Shown: positions 48,595-57,750 of the stretch, piece by piece
Position numbering within the stretch: position 1 is the first letter of the stretch
Layout of the letters: every line of letters starts with the position of its first letter
Source: Acidimicrobiia bacterium
GTDB lineage: Bacteria > Actinomycetota > Acidimicrobiia > Acidimicrobiales > CAIXPF01
Direction of reading: 5' to 3'
Assembly: GCA_947476745.1 (NCBI GenBank)
Contig: CANJRG010000007.1
Location: forward strand, 55,913-119,912
Length of the DNA: 64,000 bases
Notes under the pieces: model-generated
Database searches by the model: none
The model's input: only the letters and a program-made list of their open reading frames with translations
What the model was told of the DNA's origin: nothing
Made by a program: the position numbers and the translations under genes

Positions 48595-48738
48595 TCAGTG
48601 GTTGAGGATCTTGGCCAGGAAATCCTGAGCCCGCTCGCTCCGGGGCGAGCTGAAGAACCGATCGGGAGGGGCGATCTCGACGATCTGGCCCTGGTCGAGG
48701 AACACGACACGCTGCGCGGCGGAACGTGCGAACCCCAC
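48595..48738 (-). pseudogene. 3' remnant of polar amino acid ABC ATPase (GluA/GlnQ)
   Basis: GFARSAAQRVVFLDQGQIVEIAPPDRFFSSPRSERAQDFLAKILNH*; no 5' part. Confidence 0.85.
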
Positions 48739-48906
48739 GGACCAGCGCGATCGCACGAGCACGGTACTCAGCAAGGTTGGACGAGGCGCAGTCGAAGCTT
48801 TTTAGTTAGGCCCTCGACTCATTACCGAACATGGAACTCGAGGTGGGGGCGATGCACTGTGTGCTGCGGGTCGAACAGGACCGACCCGCTGCCTGAGATG
48901 GCCCGG

Positions 48907-49428
48907 TCACACCCTGCTGTAGGTCAGGTTCACCAGGCCGCTGGGAAAAGGCTGCACCGCGTCGAGCCGCAACGTGGCCGATCGCCCGATCGGGTGGAAC
49001 AACGGTCGGCCCGAGCCGATCAGGCGTGGCACGACGGTGATGGTGAGGTCGTCGATCAGGCTCTCGTCCAGAAAGGCGCTGATCAGTTGGCCGCCGTCGA
49101 CGTAGACGCGGCCGAGGCCCATCTGGTCCCACCGCCACCGGGCCTGCCGGGGGGATACCGCCCAGAACGTCACCCCGGGCCGGGGCTGCGACGGCCGATG
49201 GGTGAATACGAAAACCGGCCGCCCCCCAAACGGTAAGGGGTCGAGGTGGGCAATGTGGTCGTAGGTGCCGCGGCCCATCGCCAGGGCGTCGACGGAGCCG
49301 AGGAAGGCGTCGAACCCATAGTCCTCGTCCGCAGCAGCGGCCGCCTCGAGCCAATCGAGGCGGCCGTCCTCGTCCGCGATGTACCCGTCGAGGCTGCACG
49401 CCAGGAACACCGACAGCTGTATCGCCAT
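48907..49428 (-). CDS. Dihydrofolate reductase/RibD C-terminal family protein
   Basis: ACSLDGYIA, MGRGTYD, YVDGG, LIGSGRPLF. Confidence 0.9.
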   Translation of the reverse strand: MAIQLSVFLACSLDGYIADEDGRLDWLEAAAAADEDYGFDAFLGSVDALAMGRGTYDHIAHLDPLPFGGRPVFVFTHRPSQPRPGVTFWAVSPRQARWRWDQMGLGRVYVDGGQLISAFLDESLIDDLTITVVPRLIGSGRPLFHPIGRSATLRLDAVQPFPSGLVNLTYSRV

Positions 49429-49627
49429 CAGCCGACCCCCCTCCGCTCGACATACGCTTCGGTACGTTTCCGATCACTTTCCTACCAATCGGTACGGAGC
49501 CAACCCCGGCCCGGGCCGTACCGGGCCGGGCCGTACCGGGCCGTACGAAGCCGGACCGGTGGCGGAGTAGGCGAAGACGGACGGCCTCCTGCTGCAGCCG
49601 TCCGTCGCATCACGCTCGCCGCTGGGC

Positions 49628-51349
49628 TCAGCGCACGTCAGGGCCGCTGCGCAAAAGGGTCCCGCTGAGCGCGCCGGTGTGCTCCCCGGCCTCCATGAAC
49701 ACCTTGCCGTTGACCAACGTGTAGTCGTAGCCGGTGGCCTTCTGGATGAGCCGGCCGGCGCCGCCGGGGAAATCACGCACGTAGTCGGGCATGTGCAAGC
49801 GCATCCCGTCGAGGTCCAACACGTTCACGTCCGCATAGGCGCCGGGGGCGAGCACGCCGCGGTTGGCAATACCGAACAGTTCAGCGGTGTCGGAGGTGAG
49901 CCGCCGCACCGCGTCCTCGATCCCGAACACACCCCGCTCACGCACCCAGTGGGTGAGGAACCAGGTCGGCTGGCTGGCGTCCATGATCTGGCCCACGTGG
50001 GCACCGGAATCGGCAAGGCCCAAGACCACCATCGGGTCGGTCAGCATCTCCTCGACGGCGTCGAAGTCCGGGTTGAGCAGCGGGTGGTTGATGTATGCCG
50101 TGCCGTTGGAAGCCACCATGAGGTCCATATAGGCCTCGGCCAGGGTGACCCCCCGGGCGGCGGCGATCGCCGGCAGCGACTTGGCCGGATCGGGCCGGTA
50201 GTCCGGATCGGGGCCCTCGAGCAGGTAGTGACGCTCGAGATCGGCCGCGAACGGCCCGTTCGCCTCGGCCTGGGCCACCAACTCCGCCCGGCGCACCGGG
50301 TCGGTGTACGCCGCGAGCTTGACCTCCAGCGGGAGGTCGCGCATGGCCTTCCACGCCGGGCTGCGATCGAACGGGCTGCGGATCTGCGCCCCGAACAGGA
50401 TGCCGATCCCCCGTGCCGTGCTCTGGGGTCGCACGTTGGCCCCGGCCCGGTTCTGCTCGGCGGTGAACTCCATGATCCGGCGGTACTGCTCAGGCAGGTG
50501 CGGGAACTGGAAAAAGGCGAAGGTGAGCGGACGGCCGCTGGAACGGGACACCTCGCCCATCCACGCCACCTCGGCGCGAGCCTTGTTCCAGTTGGCGGCG
50601 TCGTCGGTCTCGAAGCGCGGTACGACCTCGAAGACGCCGCGGTTGTGGCGACGCAGCGGCTCCGCTAGGGCCAGCAACTCGTCGGGCAGGGCGAAGGTGC
50701 CCGGCACCGGGCGTCCGTCGGGGGTGCGATGACCCAGCACGCGGGACGTGGAGAACCCCAGCGCCCCGGCGGCGATGGCCTCCTCGACGGTGCCGACCAT
50801 CACCGCCAGCTCGTCGGCATCGGGATGAGCGTTGGCGTCGATCGACTTCTCGCCCATCGCATAGAACCGCACGGCGCAGTGACCGACCATGCCGCCCACG
50901 TTGATGCCCTTGGGCATGGCGTCGAGGGCGCTGTAGTACTCGCCGTAGCTCTGCCAGTTCCAGTCCAGGCCGGACATGATGGAGGTAGCTGGGATGTCCT
51001 CCACCGACTCCATCAGCTTGGCCAGCAGCTCGTGGTCGGTGGGCTTGACCGGGGCGAAGGTGACACCACAGTTGCCCACCACCACCGAGGTGACACCGTG
51101 CCAGCACGACGAGCTGCACTTGGCGTCCCACGCCACCTGGGCGTCGAGGTGACTGTGGATGTCCACGAAGCCGGGGGTCACCAGTCGGCCGTCGGCGTTG
51201 ATGGTGCGGGTGGCGCCACCGACGAGGCCTCCGGGCTCGGCAATCTCGGCAATGCGATCGCCCACGATTCCGACATCGGCACGCCGCGCCGGCGCGCCCG
51301 TACCGTCGACGACGGTGCCCCCACTGATGACGATGTCGTAGCTGGCCAT
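49628..51349 (-). CDS. N-acyl-D-amino-acid deacylase family amidohydrolase
   Basis: VVDGTG, PGFVDIHSHLD, GNCG, DSGAH, ADVNV. Confidence 0.92.
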   Translation of the reverse strand: MASYDIVISGGTVVDGTGAPARRADVGIVGDRIAEIAEPGGLVGGATRTINADGRLVTPGFVDIHSHLDAQVAWDAKCSSSCWHGVTSVVVGNCGVTFAPVKPTDHELLAKLMESVEDIPATSIMSGLDWNWQSYGEYYSALDAMPKGINVGGMVGHCAVRFYAMGEKSIDANAHPDADELAVMVGTVEEAIAAGALGFSTSRVLGHRTPDGRPVPGTFALPDELLALAEPLRRHNRGVFEVVPRFETDDAANWNKARAEVAWMGEVSRSSGRPLTFAFFQFPHLPEQYRRIMEFTAEQNRAGANVRPQSTARGIGILFGAQIRSPFDRSPAWKAMRDLPLEVKLAAYTDPVRRAELVAQAEANGPFAADLERHYLLEGPDPDYRPDPAKSLPAIAAARGVTLAEAYMDLMVASNGTAYINHPLLNPDFDAVEEMLTDPMVVLGLADSGAHVGQIMDASQPTWFLTHWVRERGVFGIEDAVRRLTSDTAELFGIANRGVLAPGAYADVNVLDLDGMRLHMPDYVRDFPGGAGRLIQKATGYDYTLVNGKVFMEAGEHTGALSGTLLRSGPDVR

Positions 51350-51750
51350 GCTCAGGTCCCCCTGCTCCGCGAGGCCCGCGGCCTCACCCCCGACCATTGT
51401 CGCCTGTCGACAGGGCCGCGCCCAACCTCGCACACCGCCGGCCCCACGTGGCCGACCGGGCCCGGGTCCGACGCCACCTGATGCGGCCCTGGTCCGGCAA
51501 GGCCACCGGGCCCGCGACCCCACCGGGCGACCTCACCTGGCCGGGCGGACCCGCCGGGCGACCTCACCTGGCCGGGCGGCGACACCGGGCGCGGCGACAC
51601 CAGGCGCGGCGACACCTGGCCGGGCGGACCCACCGGGCAAGCCGCATGGCAGCACCCCTCCACGGGAGCGAGTGCCGACCTCAAGCCCGTCGGAACGACC
51701 GACAACCCGTCCGAGTAGCAGAGGTAAGCCCCCGGCCACTGCGCGTGGTC

Positions 51751-51882
51751 GGACCGTGGCGGATTTGGCCGAACGATCGCGGCTAGAGGGCTCAAACTTC
51801 GACACAAGGTGGCCACAAGACCACCCAGAGTTGGAAATCGAGGTCGGAACCGGAGGACGCCCGGAAAGTTCCGCCACGGTCC
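51751..51882. repeat. 132-bp element bounded by perfect 13-bp inverted repeats (GGACCGTGGCGGA / TCCGCCACGGTCC)
   Basis: Read directly in the long intergenic region. Confidence 0.7.
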
Positions 51883-51960
51883 TCGACCGGGCTGCCAAAC
51901 ACCGCCACTGCCACCACGGACAGCGGCTTTTCTCCACCCGGCCCAACCCACCCCGACCGG

Positions 51961-52024
51961 CCGAACCCACCAGGCCGAACCCACCAGGCCGAACCCACCA
52001 GGCCGAACCCACCAGGCCGAACCC
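51961..52024. repeat. Tandem repeat 4.6x14 bp CCGAACCCACCAGG
   Basis: Exact copies, no spacers. Confidence 0.95.
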
Positions 52025-52084
52025 GAATCGGACCCGGTCGGCCCGAACTGGCGGGTCGACTTGGGTGGGCGGACAACGATCAGG

Positions 52085-52924
52085 TCAGGCCAGCGCGGCG
52101 TAGGTGCCGGCGGCGTCCATCGCGGCGTGGACTCGTCCGAGGAGTTCGGCGAGGCGGGTTGCGCCCGCCTCGCCCACCGGCGACCACATCGCGCTGCACA
52201 GGCGGTCGGTGTCGTCCTCGAGTCGCTCCCGGGCCGCGGTCCCGGCCGCAGTCATCGTCCCGGCGGCGTCGACCCACCCGCGCCCGGCGAGCTCAGTGAT
52301 CGCCGCGGCCCACTGCGTCTCGTCCCACTGGCGCGTCGCCTGGGTGATCCCCAGAGGGAAGCGGCCGGTGCCGACCTGCAGCACCATGCACGGGCAGGGC
52401 CCGATGTCGTTGGCCACCAACAGCGCTATGTGCACATCACCACGCCACTCCCGCAGCACCGTGACCTGTTGCCACAGCGCGGCAAGCGGATCCTCCGGAA
52501 ACACCAGGCCGGCGTTGGCGGCGCCGAGTGGCTTGCCGGCGAGGTCGAGGCCGGCGACCACCCGCTCGAGGATCGATCGTGCCTCGGCGATCTCTGCCAC
52601 GGCGAGCAGGCCGGGCGCCCCGATCACACGCTCGAGCGCCCGGGACGCGGCCCGGAATCGGGCGGCCTGCCACTGGTCGGGACCGGCCGCGGCCCACATC
52701 CCGGGCATCGCCGCCGACACCGCCGCCGGGCTGAAGTTGTAGAAGGTGGCCAGCACCACCTCGTCGGGAACGGTACCAAGTGGCGCAGCCCGCGAGGCGA
52801 AGTACGGGCCCCGGCCGCTCACCCCGAACGTCGCGTACTCCTCGGCGGCCTCCGGCACGAAGTAGATGAAGCGGTGCGCCAGGTTGATGGCCATGTGCAC
52901 GTCGTGGACGACCGATCGATCCAT
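52085..52924 (-). CDS. SCO6745-family hypothetical protein
   Basis: YFVPEA, YFASRAAPLG, TFYNFSP, LREWRGDVH, RERLEDDTD. Confidence 0.8.
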   Translation of the reverse strand: MDRSVVHDVHMAINLAHRFIYFVPEAAEEYATFGVSGRGPYFASRAAPLGTVPDEVVLATFYNFSPAAVSAAMPGMWAAAGPDQWQAARFRAASRALERVIGAPGLLAVAEIAEARSILERVVAGLDLAGKPLGAANAGLVFPEDPLAALWQQVTVLREWRGDVHIALLVANDIGPCPCMVLQVGTGRFPLGITQATRQWDETQWAAAITELAGRGWVDAAGTMTAAGTAARERLEDDTDRLCSAMWSPVGEAGATRLAELLGRVHAAMDAAGTYAALA

Positions 52925-52987
52925 GGCCCGACAGTAGCCGTGACCGTCGTCGTCACGTCCGCCCGCCCGGCGTGCGAGACTGACCCC

Positions 52988-53461
52988 GTGGCACTTCGTG
53001 ACGGAGACGGATGGGTGTCCTGCATGTGCGGACGACCGCACTGGGGACTGTACGGCGCGGCGGGTCTGCTACTGATTCGTCAGCAGGGCGAGGTGGCTGA
53101 GGTGCTGCTGCAACTGCGGGCTGCATGGACCCACGGCGGCGGTACTTGGGCCCTGCCTGGCGGTGCGCTCGACTCCCACGAGGACTCCGTCACCGGCGCC
53201 GCCCGCGAGGCGTGGGAAGAGGTCGGGGTCCACCCCAGCGTGTTGGAGGTCAAGGGGATCTTCAGCGACGACCACGGGAACTGGCGCTACGACACAGTGA
53301 TCGCCCACTGCAACAGCGAGGTCAACGCGTTCGAGGCGAACGCCGAGAGCGAGGAGATCCGTTGGGTCTCTGTCCACTCCGTGACCGACTACGACCTGCA
53401 CCCCGGCCTCGCCGCCTCATGGGGGGAGATCCTCCCCCGCGTACTCGGCACCCTGGCCTGA
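52988..53461 (+). CDS. NUDIX hydrolase
   Basis: HWGLYGAAGLL, Nudix box GGALDSHEDSVTGAAREAWEEVG, LHPGL. Confidence 0.92.
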   Translation: MALRDGDGWVSCMCGRPHWGLYGAAGLLLIRQQGEVAEVLLQLRAAWTHGGGTWALPGGALDSHEDSVTGAAREAWEEVGVHPSVLEVKGIFSDDHGNWRYDTVIAHCNSEVNAFEANAESEEIRWVSVHSVTDYDLHPGLAASWGEILPRVLGTLA

Positions 53462-53615
53462 CCGCGACCCGGCCTGACCGCGACGGCCACCGCGACCCGA
53501 CCGGGACCCGACGGCGACCCGGCCCACCGCCACCCGACGGCGACCCGGCCCACCGCGACCCGAAGCACCCGACCGGGACCCCACCGCGACCCAAAGCACC
53601 CGATCGCGACCCGGC
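53462..53615. repeat. Degenerate low-complexity repeats (CCACCGCGACCC / CGACCCGGCC units)
   Basis: Several imperfect copies between convergent genes. Confidence 0.7.
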
Positions 53616-53621
53616 CGGCGC

Positions 53622-55088
53622 TCAGCGGGCGAGGTGGGCCATGGGTGGCGCCTGGTAGCCGCCAGTGAGCTCCTCCACGAAGCGGGCGAAGCGAAGCGAC
53701 GTCCGATCCTCGAGGAACGGCGCCACGATCTGGATACCGACCGGTAGGCCATCGGGGGTCAGACCGACCGGTACGACGGTGGCGGGCAGGTGGACGAACC
53801 CGATGAACGACGTCCATGCCAGCACATCGGCGTAAGGCCGATCGACCCCGTCGATGAGCAGCGTACGGCTGTAGAGGCTGCCGTGCTGAGTGTGGGGGAA
53901 TGCCGCCATCGCCGCCACCGGGCACAGCAGCACGTCGTAACGGGTGAAGAAGTCGGCCCAACGGCGGCGCAGATGCTGACGGCGTTCGTCGAGCAGCAGC
54001 CAGTCGCGGTGGCTGATCACCGAGGCCCGGGCGCGCATGGCCATGGTCGGGTCGGTGTCTGTCGAAGCGGCCAGCGTCTGGAGCCTGTCCCATTCCTCGT
54101 CGGTACGGGCCGGGCTGGTCGCGGCCGAGATCAGCGGCACACCGACGTCCCACACCTCACGCAGCGCGACCTCCGGCCGGGCGGACCGGTCGATCGACGC
54201 GCCCGATGCCACGAGCCCATCGACTGCGGCTTCCAGCAGCGCCTGCACGTCAGCGGCGACCGGGCAGCTGATGTCGTCGAGCCATGCCGCGACCCGGAAG
54301 TCAGCCAGCCGTTCCTGACGCGGCGCGGGCAGATCGAGTTTCCAGCCGACGGCTCGGTCTGCGGTGGGTCCGGATAGCACGTCGAAGACCAGCGACAGGT
54401 CGGCTACGGAACGGGCGATCGGGCCGAACACGTTGACGTCGGCCTCGCTGAACCCGCCGGTGGTGTGGTCGAGGTAACCGAGCTGCGGCACCACGCCAAA
54501 GCTGGGCTTGTGGCCACATACCCCGGCGAAGTGCGACGGCAGACGCACCGAACCGCCGATGTCGGTGCCGATCTCGAAGCTGGTGAGCCCGGCAGATACC
54601 GCTGCCGAGGCACCGCCGCTGGACCCGCCGGGCCCGCGGGTGAGATCCCACGGGTTGTTGGTGGTGCCGAACATGGTGTTGAAGGCCTGGGCATCGCCCG
54701 ACCAGCGCGGCAGGTTCGTCTTCCCGAACACGATGGCACCGGCCCGGCGCACCGCGGCAACCACCGGCGCATCCTCGGTCGGTACGTGATCCGCGAGCTC
54801 GACGGCGCCGCCGGTGCTGCGCATCCCCTTGGTGGCGATGGCGTCCTTGACCGTCAGCGGCAGACCGTGCAACGGCCCGGTCGGCCCTCCGGCGGCGAAG
54901 GCCGTGTCGGCCGCGTCGGCGGCATCAGCGGCTGCGTCGACATCGAGGGTGATCACCGCGTTGACGGCCGGGTTGAGCCGTTCCACCCGTTCGAGATAGT
55001 GCGTCAGCAGCTCGCGGCTGGACAGGCGGCCGGCGGCCACCTCGGCGGCGAGCTCCGTGGCGGAGGACAGGCCGAGATCGAGATCCAT
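53622..55088 (-). CDS. Amidase-signature family amidase
   Basis: GLPLTVKD, GKTN, GGSSGG, GTDIGGSVRLPS. Confidence 0.93.
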   Translation of the reverse strand: MDLDLGLSSATELAAEVAAGRLSSRELLTHYLERVERLNPAVNAVITLDVDAAADAADAADTAFAAGGPTGPLHGLPLTVKDAIATKGMRSTGGAVELADHVPTEDAPVVAAVRRAGAIVFGKTNLPRWSGDAQAFNTMFGTTNNPWDLTRGPGGSSGGASAAVSAGLTSFEIGTDIGGSVRLPSHFAGVCGHKPSFGVVPQLGYLDHTTGGFSEADVNVFGPIARSVADLSLVFDVLSGPTADRAVGWKLDLPAPRQERLADFRVAAWLDDISCPVAADVQALLEAAVDGLVASGASIDRSARPEVALREVWDVGVPLISAATSPARTDEEWDRLQTLAASTDTDPTMAMRARASVISHRDWLLLDERRQHLRRRWADFFTRYDVLLCPVAAMAAFPHTQHGSLYSRTLLIDGVDRPYADVLAWTSFIGFVHLPATVVPVGLTPDGLPVGIQIVAPFLEDRTSLRFARFVEELTGGYQAPPMAHLAR

Positions 55089-55254
55089 GGGTGCTCCTCT
55101 GGGTCGGTACAGGTGGGGACCGGGGGTAGGGGTGGACGGAGTGCATCGGGTGAACCGGGCGGGCCGGCTGGTACGGAACCGGCAGGCACGGGAAACCGAC
55201 TTGTCCGACAGAGACGGCCGATCGGGTGGGCGGGGCAGCACTGGACGGCGAGGG

Positions 55255-56103
55255 TCAGCCGGCCAGGAACGTCACCAGCGCTGCAAGGGTCTCGGCCGGG
55301 GCTTCCTCGGCCAGGAAGTGGCCGCAGGGCAGGGACTGGCCGCGCAGGTCATCGGCCCAAAGCTCCCACACCGGCAGCGGGGAGGGCCGCTTGCCCGTGG
55401 GGTCGCCCCACAGCACCAGGGTCGGGCAGGCGATGCGTCGGCCGGCGTCGCGGTCGGCCCGGTCGAGCTCCACGTCGATGGTGGCGCCGGCTCTGTAGTC
55501 GTCGCAGCTGGCCCGCACGGCCTCGTCGGTGAACGCCGCCACGTAGTGCTCGAGGTTCGGCAGCGGGTTAGCCGCCCACTTCCCGCACATGGTCCGCAGG
55601 AAGTAGCCGGGATCGGCGCCGATGAGGCGCTCGGGGAAGGGCGAGGGCTGGGCCAGAAACGACCAGTGGAAGCCGCCCACGGTGGCGGTGCCCTTCATCG
55701 AGTCCCACTGATCGAGGGTGGGCACGATGTCAAGCGTGGCGAGCCGGGTGACGACCCCGGGGTGATCCAGCGCCATGCGGTAGGACACCCGGCCTCCACG
55801 GTCGTGGCCGACCACGGCGAATCGCCCGTGGCCGAGCGTGGCCATCACCTCGACCAGCTCGGCGGCCACGACCCGCTTGCTGTAGTTGACCGACCTCTCG
55901 CCCGCCGGCGGCTTGTGGCTGGCGCCGTACCCGCGCACGTCGGGGCACACCACCGTATGGCCGGCGGCGACCAACCCCGGGGCCACCGCGGACCACATGA
56001 GGTGGGTCTGCGGGTAGCCGTGCAACAGCAGCACCGGTGGCCCACTCCCGGCGTGGCGCAGGTGGACTCCGGCGATCTCGGCGGTCTCGAACCCTTTGAA
56101 CAT
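55255..56103 (-). CDS. Alpha/beta hydrolase, fluoroacetate/haloacetate dehalogenase-like
   Basis: HGYPQTH, GHDRGGR, LDIVP, FHW, DYRAGA, GHF. Confidence 0.85.
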   Translation of the reverse strand: MFKGFETAEIAGVHLRHAGSGPPVLLLHGYPQTHLMWSAVAPGLVAAGHTVVCPDVRGYGASHKPPAGERSVNYSKRVVAAELVEVMATLGHGRFAVVGHDRGGRVSYRMALDHPGVVTRLATLDIVPTLDQWDSMKGTATVGGFHWSFLAQPSPFPERLIGADPGYFLRTMCGKWAANPLPNLEHYVAAFTDEAVRASCDDYRAGATIDVELDRADRDAGRRIACPTLVLWGDPTGKRPSPLPVWELWADDLRGQSLPCGHFLAEEAPAETLAALVTFLAG

Positions 56104-56238
56104 TCTCAACACGCCTTTCGCTCGATCCACCCGCACCCTACTGGCAGCCTTCCCTCCGCCGGGCCACGATCGCAGCCGGACCGGACCCGTGGCCAGGGCT
56201 ACGGTGAGCGACACCGCCACCGCGAGGAACGAGGAAGC

Positions 56239-57711
56239 ATGCGGCTCGACGAATACGCCGGTTACGACGCCGTGGGGCTGGCCCACCTGGTGCGCACGGG
56301 CGAGGTCAGCGCCGCCGAGCTCACCGAGCTGGCCATCGCCGGCGCCGCAGCCGTCGACCCGCAGCTCAACGCCCTCGTCGAGCTCTACGACGACGCCCGC
56401 GACCGGGCCCGTGGGGCTGATGCCGTGCCGACGGGCCCGCTGGCCGGGGTCCCCATGGTCCGCAAGGACATCGGCGCCCCCGAGGCGGGCAAGCGCACCG
56501 AGCTGGGCAGCCGGCTGGCCGAAGGCCTCGTCACCCACCGCGACAGCCACCTGACCGCGGCGTTCAAGGAAGCCGGCCTCGTCATCATCGGGCGGTCGGC
56601 CACCTCGGAGTTCGGCTGCTACGGCACGGTCGAGACAGCGCTGCGCGGTACGACGAACAACCCGTGGAAGCCGGGCCACACCTCCGGCGGGTCCTCCGGC
56701 GGCTCGGCTGCGCTGGTCGCCGCCGGGGTGGTGCCGATCGGGCACGCCAACGACGGTGCCGGCTCCATCCGCATCCCGGCGAGCTGCTGCGGCCTGGTAG
56801 GGCTCAAGCCGTCACGCGGCCGCGTGTCGGCCGGACCGGGGGCCGGTGAACCGAACTTCGGTGGATCGGTCCAGCTCGTGGTGACCCGCACGCTGGCCGA
56901 CACCGCGACCGTGCTCGACGCCGTCGGTGGCCCGCGTCCGGGCGACCCGTTCGTCATCCCCGGCCCCGACCGGCTCTATGCAGCGATCGCCGCGTCAGCC
57001 GCAGCCGGCGACGCCGGCCCGCTGCGCATCGGCCTGACCACCGCCCCGTGGGGCCCGGGTGTGGTCCATCCCGAGGTCGCCGCTGCGGTACGGGCCACCG
57101 GCGAGGCCCTCGAGGCGCTCGGCCATCACGTGCAGGAGGCCGCCTTCCCGTTCGACTTCGAGCAGTTCGAGCACCCGTTCATGGACCTGTGGGCGCTCGG
57201 TACTGCGGGCCCGGTCGTCGGGATCGGCGAGCGGATGCACCGGCCGCTGAGCGAGGAGTTCCTCGAGCCGGTGACCCTGGCGTGGCTGGAGCACTACCAC
57301 CGGCTCACCGCGGGCGACATCCCCCACGCCCTCGACCAGGTGAACCGCATGGCCCGCCGGTCCGGCGTCTTCTTCGCCGAGTACGACCTGCTGCTCACCC
57401 CGACCCTGGCCCAGCCACCTGTACCATTCGGTATGGTGAACGGGACCCGGACCGACCTCGATGCTGCCGGCAACGCCCGAGCACTGCTCGAGTTCAACCC
57501 GTACTGCCCGCTGTTCAACCTGACCGGGCAACCCGCGCTGACCCTGCCCCTGGCCCAGTCCACCGACGGCCTGCCCATCGGCGTCCAACTCGTGGCTCGT
57601 CACGCCGAGGAAGCCGCCCTGGTAGCCGTTGGGGCGCAGCTCGAGCAGGCCCTGCCATGGGCCGCACGACGGCCGGCCGTGCACGTGGCCGGGGCAGTGC
57701 CCGGCCGCTGA
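56239..57711 (+). CDS. Amidase-signature family amidase
   Basis: GVPMVRKD, GGSSGGS, ANDGAGSIRIPASCCG. Confidence 0.93.
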   Translation: MRLDEYAGYDAVGLAHLVRTGEVSAAELTELAIAGAAAVDPQLNALVELYDDARDRARGADAVPTGPLAGVPMVRKDIGAPEAGKRTELGSRLAEGLVTHRDSHLTAAFKEAGLVIIGRSATSEFGCYGTVETALRGTTNNPWKPGHTSGGSSGGSAALVAAGVVPIGHANDGAGSIRIPASCCGLVGLKPSRGRVSAGPGAGEPNFGGSVQLVVTRTLADTATVLDAVGGPRPGDPFVIPGPDRLYAAIAASAAAGDAGPLRIGLTTAPWGPGVVHPEVAAAVRATGEALEALGHHVQEAAFPFDFEQFEHPFMDLWALGTAGPVVGIGERMHRPLSEEFLEPVTLAWLEHYHRLTAGDIPHALDQVNRMARRSGVFFAEYDLLLTPTLAQPPVPFGMVNGTRTDLDAAGNARALLEFNPYCPLFNLTGQPALTLPLAQSTDGLPIGVQLVARHAEEAALVAVGAQLEQALPWAARRPAVHVAGAVPGR

Positions 57712-57750
57712 TCGCTCCGGATCCGCCGTCGAACTCCCGGACGACGTCGC

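Noticed and set aside
46446-49500. attR duplicate of the tRNA-Lys 3' end or an integrase
   Set aside because: None found by eye, so an integrative element cannot be delimited
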